64,000 bases of DNA from Fimbriosthenelais zetlandica (Eukaryota), in NCBI GenBank assembly GCA_977030845.1, contig OZ365115.1:28644001-28708000 (forward strand). The letters are read 5' to 3'. Each line of letters begins with the position of its first letter. The stretch's first letter is position 1. Below the pieces are notes generated by a model that saw only the letters and a list, made by a program, of their open reading frames with translations, did no database searches and was not told the DNA's origin. Positions 26,801-35,760 of this stretch are shown here, in pieces. Position numbers and translations under genes: made by a program.

Positions 26801-26855
26801 GGTCATCGCAAACCTAGAGGACATTTTAGGAGAATCATTACAAAAATATTTCTAA
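4928..26855 (+). CDS. HEATR1: HEAT repeat-containing protein 1 (UTP10; SSU processome t-UTP subunit), more than 40 exons
   Basis: N-terminus MTSLASQLKRLAVP...LLFDPKQAAELDKQSVYAIG (exon 4928-5069, ATG directly after an AG acceptor); exon 2 ...LLRLSPYLLLTPAHKALEWLIYR; IHQMNIDALLRCAMPYHETKIFVRIIQLL; C-terminal RLSEASFRPMFYK, LLPETIPFLAELME, DESEEVERECQQVIANLEDILGESLQKYF* (stop 26853-26855); AATAAA at 26912. These match HEATR1/UTP10 hallmarks. Confidence 0.97.
6887..7076. mobile_element. Possible ~190-bp MITE in HEATR1 intron
   Basis: Imperfect terminal inverted repeats GGTGCGGTGACAC...AAGCCGTTTT / AAAACCGCTT...GTGTTCGCACC around an AT-rich non-coding core. Confidence 0.4.
8487..8830. repeat. 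75-bp minisatellite with an internal inverted repeat; five units before the LINE and one more after it (11346-11402)
   Basis: GGTAGTGG starts at 8501, 8576, 8651, 8726 (GGTATTGG variant), 8801 and again at 11364; complete units contain AGGTAGTGG...CCACTACCT. Confidence 0.93.
8829..11341 (+). mobile_element. 5'-truncated non-LTR retrotransposon (CR1/L2/Crack-group LINE), decayed ORF2 with poly(A) tail, sense-oriented in a HEATR1 intron
   Basis: In-frame upstream of ORF 8950 is the APE endonuclease C-terminal motif SGVLSWSYSDHFPIF (SDH at 8893-8901); RT motifs QYGFRSGRS, YFDIAKAFNSISH, GVPQGS, YADD, YLGI; frameshift near 10668 with the C-terminus in ORF 10737-11054 (NTR...YLGKYLWNQLP); AATAAA at 11291 and A30 at 11312-11341. 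Confidence 0.93.
18950..19290. repeat. Degenerate ~45-60-bp minisatellite in HEATR1 intron
   Basis: Repeated GGGCATTGAGCATCA...ATATATCAGGCTTGTCTC..CCAATTCCC units. Confidence 0.8.
19822..19890 (-). mobile_element. tRNA-derived SINE head fragment
   Basis: Reverse complement reads GGCAGTTTAGTGGTAGAAC...GTGTTCAATTCCCGGACGGGAC, with A-box- and B-box-like segments; no proper cloverleaf found. Confidence 0.5.
20195..20370 (+). mobile_element. tRNA-derived SINE-like fragment
   Basis: B box GGTTCAATTCCC at ~20236, followed by a body containing GAGGCATGTAAA, which also occurs at ~22083. Confidence 0.45.
21815..22030. repeat. 45-bp minisatellite (about 5 copies) in HEATR1 intron
   Basis: GGTGAGATCATGCTTGTGAAAGGCCAGACATGCCTCCCACTTTCT with period 45 (21861, 21906, 21951); it explains the 15-aa repeat ORFs in several frames. 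Confidence 0.93.
24870..26170. mobile_element. Two related pogo/Tigger-type MITE remnants (24875-24960 and 26085-26166); a related fragment at 24070-24125
   Basis: Shared GCGTCGTTG(T/A)ATTAGCCGCAGG(C/T)CGC; the second copy ends ...GCAAATACGGTA. GCGGCTTATA and TACCGTATTT-type termini resemble Tc1/pogo-derived MITEs as recalled. Confidence 0.45.
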
Positions 26856-27299
26856 AAGCCTAAATTACAATGAGTAATCACTCAGTCATGTTCCTGCTTC
26901 TGAATCTGGAAAATAAAGTGAAATATGTTCTAAACAACGTGTTCTGTCGCCAGCTTGTCCCTTCGTAGGCCCTAATTGTGACCGATTTGATTCAGTTAAA
27001 AAATATCGCAGCTTTTACTCATTTTCCCGCGCGACCAATCCCCGAATTTTTTACACCTGTCGTGTGCATAATCATTCTCATCCTATAAACTAAATTACGC
27101 CCTTTTTTGTTACTGAGCGTACGAAAGTTCATTCTGTAAAGATATGTTAGGCCCACTCCGTAGTCCAAAAAATAACTTAAAAAAGCCACCCTATAATAAT
27201 CGCGAACCATTAGTTAGGCTAGATCAGTAGGCAGTTGCTACCCCACCTCCGGCAAAACTGGGAACTAGTTCTATCACACTCCGCACAGTGGCGCTCCAG

Positions 27300-27460
27300 T
27301 CGTTCTATGGGATTTTTTAGATAGCGTTTGTAGATCTATGAAAGCACCCAAATCAACCAAAATTGAAATCTATCGGTAGATTTCTATGAATAATTTATCT
27401 CATCCAAAAGAACAAAGCTGCTGTAAACAGTAAGAGAATGAAGCCAGAGTTGTTGCGAGC
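27300..27460. repeat. Dispersed copy of the 330-bp element found upstream of HEATR1
   Basis: GCGTTTGTAGATCTATGAAAGCAC..AAAT..ACCAAAATTGAAATC..TCGGTAGATTT..AATTTATC..TCCAAAAGAACAAAGCT aligns by eye with 3727-3830. Confidence 0.8.
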
Positions 27461-27479
27461 GATAATAGGAGCTTTGGAT

Positions 27480-27665
27480 CTAGTTGTCGGCCATTGCTCG
27501 CGTTGTAACGGTTTGACTATTTCCGGTACCTGTGTTTTACTGTTTTCACATGTGTTTTACTGTTTTCACATGTGTCAACTTCCGGTCAAATGTCAGCCAT
27601 TGTGGTTAAAACTCGCTTAGAACCTGCTTATTCTCCGTTTAGCGGCCGCTTCTTCCCTTCATAAG
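27480..27665 (+). promoter_or_regulatory. CpG-rich housekeeping-type promoter with ETS- and YY1-like motifs, a TOP-like pyrimidine tract and a 5' splice site
   Basis: ATTTCCGG (~27519), ACTTCCGG (~27578), GCCATT (27490, 27596), CTTCTTCCCTTC (27649-27660), AAG|GTGAGT at 27665/27666. Confidence 0.5.
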
Positions 27666-28729
27666 GTGAGTCTAACTAAACAAATGATTGATATGTGAAG
27701 TGTAGGTGCCTAGACCTAGTGCTTTTGTGTGGTATTACGGTAAGTCTTGTAATTGTATGTTTAAAGCCTGAGAAACCTCGCAGCTGTTGGGACTTCTCAT
27801 GGCTACACTACCGAGTACCGGTACAGCCCGTCAGCCGACAGGCAGCCCCGGTTAGGCTTGGCCTACCCTGTGGCTAGACAAAATATTCGCCTCGGGTCCC
27901 ATTCCGCTACCAGAGTGGGGACAGCTATGCAGGCTACCCTGTGGCCGGCTATCGCCCTTCGTCGCATTTTCGGGCGTCGAGCTGTCATTGCGACAAGCCT
28001 ATCCCACTCCCAGTGCCACGATTTTACCGAGTAGCCTACTTTACACAGATCTTTGCTAATATTAACATTCATAACACATGCGAACTGTCATGGCCATGTC
28101 CATGGGCTCCGCTGTCTTGCATGTCTGTGTAGGCCTAAAAGTAATGTTCTAACGTTACTTTTCTGTAAATCCAATAGACTACCGTACATGTAGGCCATAC
28201 AGATATTACCGGTAATTATACCGAGGCCAATGAATGTTATTCAACAACTTCAAAATGGATTAATAATTAAAGGAATGATTTAAGTTTTATTGCTATAAAG
28301 GTCCATAATTATTAGGCCAAGGTTCAGGTTCATGAACATTTTTTATAATGATGTAGATGGGAAGTAAAAACCAATATACCGGTACTATAGCCTAATAGAC
28401 ACTGAGGTTATTATTCATAGCTCTTTTTTTCTAAATAACTTTTGTCTGATTTTATTGGTGGATAAATATAACTAACGTTAGATTTGTGGTAATTTTATTT
28501 TGCACCTAAATTTTTTTTTTTTAACTAACAAAAAGCCTGTGCCTTTAGTAGGTGAGGCCTATCTATGACGGTTTAGTATCAATTATGAGACAAAAATTGA
28601 CATTGGCGATGTAGAATATTTTGTATCTTAAATAAATACCGGTACTCTGATTAATTGTATGAATTTAAAATTGAGCTTTTATTAATTCTATTTTCAGGTG
28701 TCTCGTTGGCTTCCTACCAGAAACCTTCG

Positions 28730-29473
28730 ATGTCCAGCTCTGTCCACTCACATCTTGCTGACGGCAATCGCTTCGTGGATTTTCAGTTTCCAGGCAGACT
28801 ACATACATGGTGAGCCTCCTTCAGAAACATTTTAATTACATACGGTATCGATGCCATTTTTGACAATCTTGGAATGAAACTACGTACTTTTCTATTGACG
28901 GTATTCCTTTTTGGGATTCTATTGTGTGGGGGATTCCACATGCACAACATCCTATACAACTTGTAGGCACCAACCTGTTTAGAGTTTGGAACTCTTCAGA
29001 AATATTTCAAACTTCATTACCTCATTTTAAGCCACTTTGCCCCAAATTGAAGCATTCCACAGTTACATTACATTATAAATTGATGTCATGAGATAACTAA
29101 CTTAAACGACTGGGGCTATATATGAAGTATAATGTTAGGCTTATACAGTTAAACTAGGCCTATACAAAATAAACGATTGGACTCCTAAATGACACGCCAG
29201 TGTCTCACTGTCTACAACCTCTAGTTGAATTATGAATACTCTCTTGAATTTAGTCGCCTATATTATAACTCACTTCTTCACTTTGTCCCTCATCTCACTC
29301 CCTTCCCCTTAATCAAATTGACACCCTGAATAGTTTCAAGAATTCTCTCATGTATAGATGATAATTACCATGTATAATTGTATTTCTTGTCTTATCTTTC
29401 CAGGCTTTATGTACGCCCGTCAGTTGAATCACTGAACAAGCTGCAAACATTTAGTGACTTGACAGCTTCCTGA
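28730..29473 (+). CDS. Candidate 49-aa small ORF spliced from exons 28698-28809 and 29404-29488
   Basis: Strong splice signals (TTTTCAG|, |GTGAGC, CCAG|, AAG|GTAAAC, T10GCAG| at 29664); joined translation MSSSVHSHLADGNRFVDFQFPGRLHTWLYVRPSVESLNKLQTFSDLTAS*. No homolog recognised. Confidence 0.35.
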
Positions 29474-29899
29474 CAGACTGTGTTCAAGGTAAACCTCCTT
29501 ATACAATGTAACAAACTTTCTGCCATAGTTGACACAGTAAACTTTGAAGAAATTATTCTTATATTACTATGGATATCTTACACAAATTTTCTGATATTTT
29601 TCAACTTTTTCATCAGAGTGATTTTTAAGACGTTGTTTGAAACTTTCAATCTTTTTTTTTGCAGCCTTATGACGGAATGCGCTTTCTTATCTACCGAACA
29701 CCAGACGACCAAGTGACGTAACGTCTACGACGGTTGCAATCATTTAGTTAGTTTAGTTAGCCCACACTCGGCTCATGACCAGGTCAAAGACAGGTTCTTG
29801 AAATTAGTATTTATTTAGTATTCGTATTTTTGTCCTTAACTTCTCATCAAATGCAGTAGTTTATTTGAGTAATATCCTCTTCAGCCATTGTATTTATGT

Positions 29900-31310
29900 A
29901 ATATTATCTAGATTGCTTTAATATCAAAGACTTGTAGCTCTGAAGAAGTCATCGATTATTATTTTAGATTTATTATCATAAACTATTAATTTAATTCATT
30001 TTTGTTAACATCAGAGTGTTGTAGTTTCGGAATTTAATGTTCATAGTTAGACAGTGGAAACTGGGAATTCCAAAGTAATTATTATATGGAAGTAGACCTA
30101 TTATCATATGTTATATTTATTTGATATTCAAAGTTAGACAGCAGAGTCTTTGATGTGCAAAGTCATTATTAGGTTTATTATTTTAGGTTATATTTACTTG
30201 ATAATTGAATATTGCGTAATTGAGTGAAGCTTTGCCAGGCACAGTCATTATTTTAGATTTAGATTATATATATTTAATATCAAATTAGTTAATGTCAGAG
30301 AGTTGTAGCTTTGACGTACGCATTAATTATTATTTTAGATTAATTATCATAGACTATTGATTTAATCAAGATTTGGTTAATGTCACAGAGTTTATTTAAT
30401 TTAAAATTTGTAGTTCATAGTTTAAAGTTAGACAGCGCAAAGTAATTATTTACATCGGTTATATTTACTTCATTATTTTAATATGAGGTTTGTTTAAAGT
30501 TAGACAAAGGAAACTTCTATGTGCAAGGTAATTTAGATATATCATTATAGGTAACTTCTTTTGGTGAAATGAGTTTCAATTCACAGACATTCATTTGATA
30601 ATTGACGTTTCGAATACCAAAAATTTAAATCAAATTTTACACAAGCCGTGAAGCAGAATACGAGGACATCATTTTCTTTGGATATTTAATTTATAGGTTG
30701 CCCATTTTCGACTCCGTGAGACATGCGACTCATTTCACCAAAATAGATCACATTATTTATTTCAAGTATGTTTGATACACATATCAAATGATGTCACTTA
30801 TCTAGATGTTAGATTGCTGATGGTAATGTTAATGTGATGTAATGCCCCTCTCCCTCTCCCTTTCCCTCTCCATCTCTCCTTCCCATATCCCTTCCATCTC
30901 CCTCTCACTACCGGTACCTTCTGTTAATATCAGAGAGTAGTAGTTTCAAAGTTCGTAGTTTAGATTTAGACAGTGAAAACTGGGATTTCTAAAATAATTA
31001 TTATATAGAAGTAGACCTATTATCATATGATATATTTATTTGATATTCAAAGTTAGACAGCAGAGACTTTGATCTGCGAAGTAAATACTTAGATTTATTC
31101 TCATAGATTATATTTACTTGATAATTGAATATTGATTTGTTAATGTCAGAGAATTTATCATGGGCTATATTTACATCAGAATTTCATAGTTTGAAGTTAG
31201 ATAGCGTGAAGTAATCATTAACATAGGTTATAATATTATACTTCATAATATTTATATGAAATTTTTTTAAAGTTAGACAGTGGAAACTTGTATTATGGAA
31301 AGTAATTTCT
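29900..31310. repeat. AT-rich degenerate repeat block with an internal ~920-bp-offset duplication
   Basis: TTAGACAGTG(G/A)AAACTGGGA...AGTAGACCTATTATCATATG.TATATTTATTTGATATTCAAAGTTAGACAGCAGAG at ~30046 and ~30966; recurrent AAAGTTAGACAG subunit. Confidence 0.8.
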
Positions 31311-31724
31311 GATCATTTTTGCATCTCCCCACTCCCCATCCCGCCCCGCCCGCACCCCATCCCCCCGCACCCACCTTACCCATTTCCCATCTCCATCTCT
31401 TCCCCTTCCCACTTCCCACTCAGCCGTCAGATCACTTCTGATTCTGACTTTAGTTCTCTTTTTAAGATATTCTACACTTTTTATTTCTTTTCATTTCCGC
31501 CCTTAGAGGCAGTCTATCCCTCTACATCTTTCTTTTTTTTCCGTTAGTCTGTTGGTGTCCAGATGTGAAACAACGCGCCCGGTTGAACATGCCGTATGTC
31601 CTGTGATGGGGCAGTATGTGATTCGTGCTTCGGGTCTGGGCCGGTTTGACCAGTACCTCGATGTCCCATGCGTCAGTTGGGATCCTGGAACGTCCTACCT
31701 TACCCTCCTAGTACCCCTACCCCT

Positions 31725-31780
31725 GAGCGAGGGTAATACTAGTGGCGCCACTCGTGGCGCCACTAGTATTACCCTCGCTC
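31725..31780. repeat. Perfect 56-bp palindrome (27-bp arms, 2-nt spacer)
   Basis: GAGCGAGGGTAATACTAGTGGCGCCAC-TC-GTGGCGCCACTAGTATTACCCTCGCTC; the arms are exact reverse complements. Confidence 0.97.
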
Positions 31781-32044
31781 GCCACAAGGGGCATCACTCC
31801 TGTACTCTATTTGAAGGTCAAATAAAATGCAACAAACAAACATTTCAATTTCTTGTTCTTTATTCACATCATGAGGCGTGTACCCACTGCTCATCCCTAC
31901 TACCACACCGCTCGTTCCTCCTACCCGGTTCCTTCTACCTCCACTTCCCATACATGCCACCAGGGGCCCCCTCCCCCTTGACTAACCCTAACCCTTACCC
32001 TTGCTGAGTGTCTGAAGTGTCTGAGTGCTGAACTGTGAAAATGT

Positions 32045-32775
32045 TGACTTTGGGGGGATTCGAACCCATGTTAGTGTGACCCTCTAAATGGGAGTCCAAC
32101 ACCATAACCACTCGGCCACTGAGTCGGCTATGAATGAGCAGGTGTGTAACAAGTTGTTATACAAGAGAGGGGCAGTGACAGTTGGAAAAGAAGTGAAAAA
32201 GGAGTTGAGGGTTGGAATCGAACCCATGTTAGCAGAAACTTCTTATTGAGAGACCAACGGCTTAACCACTCGGCCATTGAATCTGCTATGATTGAGCAGG
32301 TGTATAACAAATAGTTATACAAGAGAGGGGCACTGACAGTTGGAAAAGAAGTGAAAACGCTGTCTAGGGTTGGAATCGAACCCATGTTAGCAGAAACCTA
32401 TTATTAGGAGACCAACGCCTTAACCATTCCGCCACTGAATCTGCTATGATTGAACAGGAGTATAACAAATTGTTATACAAGAGAGGGCCAATGACACTAT
32501 AGCACATTTGGAAAAGAAGTGAAAAACGCGGTTCATGGTTGGAATCGAACTCATGTAGGGAGAATCCTCTTAGTCAGAGACGAACGCCTTAACCATTGCG
32601 CCACTGACTACTTAGTAGTCCTGCTTGTGTACAACATAATGTGGTACACGAGAAGCAACGGTAAGGAGAATATAAATATATTAATTTTATATAAATACAA
32701 AACTTAAAATTTAAAACTTTTTGGCAGAATCCTCTTATGGGGAGACCAACGCCTTAACCATTGCGCCACTGCTGG
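32045..32775 (-). repeat. Tandem array (~160-bp period) of four full and one partial tRNA-like (pseudo-tRNA / SINE-head) cassettes
   Basis: On the minus strand each full unit has an A box (TGGCCGAGTGG / TGGCGGAATGG / TGGCGCAATGG), a B box (GGTTCGAATCC or G(G/A)TTCGATTCC) and a T4-5 run shortly downstream; acceptor and T stems do not pair properly. Confidence 0.8.
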
Positions 32776-32779
32776 GATG

Positions 32780-33265
32780 TCCTACTGGTGTACAACATAT
32801 CACAAGGTCTATACCCTTGCTGGGCCTTCCTCGACATCTCATACATATCACAAGCCGTTCCTCCACTTCCCATACATATCACAAGGCGTTCCTCCACTTC
32901 CCACACATATCACAAGGCGTTCTTCCACTTCCCATACATATCACAAGGCGTTCTTCCACTTCCCATACATATCACAAGGCGTTCCCCCACTTACCATATA
33001 TATACATATCACAACTTAAAATATTACCAAAAGTCAGTCGGAATATTTAACAGTTTATTCTTTACATACAATGTTTTATGAAGCCAATTAAAAAACTATT
33101 ATGTGACTCGTTTTAAATTTAAAATATAAAACATATCACAAGGCGTTCCTCCACTTAACATACATATCACAAGGCGTTCCTCCACTTAACATAAATATCA
33201 CAAGGCGTTCTTCCACTTACCATACATATCACAAGGCGTTCCTCCACTTACCATACATATCACTA
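32780..33265. repeat. 31-bp minisatellite (two blocks), with a related longer-unit block at 33705-33860
   Basis: CATACATATCACAAGGCGTTCCTCCACTTCC with period 31 (32846, 32877, ...). Confidence 0.92.
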
Positions 33266-34320
33266 CATGAAGAATAAATAAGTCTATTTCAGATCCGATT
33301 TTAAGTTTTAACAATGGGTTTGATTCCTTCTCCATCGCTTGTGCATCATCATCATTATATTATTTACACAATTTTCAACTTTCATCAACCCTCGTAAAAA
33401 TCAATAGATATCTAGCAAATATTAACTGTCAACGAAAATACAGACTAACAAACGTTAAATACAAGGGAAGTCCTACGTTTATGTCTAGGCTTATCCCAGG
33501 CACACAGTTATTCAATCCAACAGAAAAGTCAAATCTTCACCTATTTGAATCTCTACTCTCTATGGTTGTCAGTACATGTATATTAACCAAATCACCAAGG
33601 TCTTGGTATTATCCCAAATCTTAGTGAAATCCATCAAATATATTTTTAATGTGTTCTTTTTCCTCAAAATAATGGTTAGAAATACTTGTTCTTTATTAAT
33701 ATCAGACATAACCATTTCCCATACATATCATCAGGCCTATACCGGGCTGTTCGTTCCACCAACCATCTCCCATACATATCATCAGGCCTATACCCGGGCT
33801 GGGCGTTCCTCCAACCATTTCCCATATGTATCACGAGGCCTATACCCGGACTGGGCGTTCATTTACCAAAAGCCTGAAAAGATAAGACAAAAAAACCTGA
33901 TATTTCTCATCTATTAGTGAGAGAATTCTTGTGTAAGGGGAGGGGGGGGGGGTGAGAGGAGGGACAGAGTGAAGAAGCGAGTTATAATATAGCCACATAA
34001 ATGACCTAACCCAATATTTTAATTGGATGGCGAAACCCTCATAAATAGCATTCAACTGGAGGGCGATATCCACATAAAAGTCAGGGACTACCCAAGTAGT
34101 TGGAACCGCACCACCCCCACCCTCACCCCCACTCCTACTCGATCATAGTCCCAAAACAAGGACGTTATGAATTTCAATGACAGTGGACTTTTTGACACAC
34201 TGAAAGATAAATCAGTAGTTTAGATAATCAGTACTTTAGATAACGTAGGACGAATATCACGACTTTTAAACATCTCAGAAAATGCATAGTAAAATAGATC
34301 TAGAGAATTCTCGTTACAAA

Positions 34321-34869
34321 ATGGAGGGAATGATAGCATTTTATTTTGCAATAGGGGTCCTTACAATCTTTATCTTTTGGAGATCTTATTCAAGACGAAA
34401 TTTACCACCTGGACCTAAAGGCATACCTTTTCTTGGAAATCTTTTCCAATTTGATCAAAGATTTCCCCATCAAACCGTGGAAAAGTGGACCAACGAACAT
34501 GGAGATATTTTCTTGATTAAATCAATAGGCACTGATATAGTAGTCATCAGTGGAGAAGATTTGATTCATCAAGTTATGGTCACTGACTCAGATTCTTATT
34601 CAAGTCTACCGCGCTTAGTACGGGTTCGAGAGATATTCCATAAACACAGGTTAATCATATCATTTTCAGAAATGTCTGAAAAATGGCTAAAGGTAAAGAA
34701 AGCAACTATGAAGTCGTTGAAGTCGTATGGAGATGGACTGAAGAGAATAGAGAAACTGACACTGAATTCAGCAGGGAGAATGTTGGAATTCATCGATTCT
34801 CATGACATGGAAGCTTTTGACCTACAAGACATCTTCCAAGTCACAATGGCCAAAATCGTATTCAATCTG
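34321..34869 (+). other. CYP-A: orphan open exon 1 of a clan-2 P450 (gene fragment or alternative first exon)
   Basis: MEGMIAF...NLPPGPKG...IVFNL|GTAATA with a phase-0 donor; no exons 2-6 before the next exon 1 at 35761. Confidence 0.85.
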
Positions 34870-34904
34870 GTAATAAACGTGCATTATACAGTATAGACAC
34901 GGAC

Positions 34905-35110
34905 CTGGGGGTCATTGTGCAAATTCTAGAAGGTCTAATTGGACCTCTCGTTGGCTCGGGGAGAAAACAGTACATAAGCCCTGCCATTGCCTCTAGGCGG
35001 GGCCCAATGAGGGCTCTTTTCATGATATTTTCCTGGTTTTTTAAAATGATTTTTTTCTCCAATGAGAGTTTGCCAAAGAGTGCTCGTATAATTTGTACAA
35101 TGACCCCCAG
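34905..35110. repeat. 21-bp inverted repeat pair flanking ~165 bp (possible MITE remnant) directly after orphan CYP exon 1
   Basis: CTGGGGGTCATTGTGCAAATT (34905-34925) versus AATTTGTACAATGACCCCCAG (35090-35110), one mismatch. Confidence 0.6.
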
Positions 35111-35760
35111 TTACCTTATCATGAAAAAGAAACAGACATCATCCTTATTTCTCATAAACAGTTATGTGGGCTGGGGAGGCTCGGAGTGCATTACATAAAT
35201 AGAATCTTCGTGAAAATGGTGATTTGCACCTGCATTAAACAACTTGGTGTGTGATAATAGTATATATAAACCATCACTTTACATTCTGGTATGTACAATA
35301 AATATGTGCTACATCCAAGCTGCTGACAATAGAAAGTGTATAGACGCTTTATAATATTTTGGTCGGGATAATTTGCTTTGCCTTTCCTCTTCCAAATCAC
35401 AATTTACAAAATAGTTTTTAACTTGAAGATTTATAAATTTGATTTCTTTGCATTTTGATCTGCAATGTTTTGGCAGCATAGAATAAAACATTCAGGGGGA
35501 GGGAGTGGCCAATGCACAAGGCAATTTACTGCAGCATAAATCTCACATTAAAATGTATATCATATTTCAGTATTCAAAGCAGGTCATCCACTATGGAATA
35601 GTTATAGTCACATGAGGGCTGCAATAAAATGTATACATCGTATTATTTCCATTGTATCTTGTGAAACTCAAATAGGAGAGAATATAGAAGCTGGCTCGTG
35701 AGCGACTGTGACGATCTAACTAGCCAGTATTATTTTCCTACTGAAGTTATTACATACACA

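Noticed and set aside
27666-29400. Specific C/D or H/ACA snoRNAs in the putative host-gene introns (e.g. ATGATGT...CTGA at 28348-28405)
   Set aside because: No canonical RTGATGA box with terminal stem and rRNA-complementary guide could be confirmed by eye; a covariance-model search is needed.
31981-31996. Telomerase RNA template or interstitial telomere (CTAACCCTAACCCT)
   Set aside because: Only about two repeats, in a C-rich low-complexity tract, with no recognisable pseudoknot or H/ACA context.
32045-32775. Functional tRNA genes
   Set aside because: A and B boxes are present, but the acceptor and T stems do not pair and no consistent anticodon loop forms.
32721-33081. His/Thr-rich repeat ORFs
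   Set aside because: They are translations of the 31-bp minisatellite in three frames.
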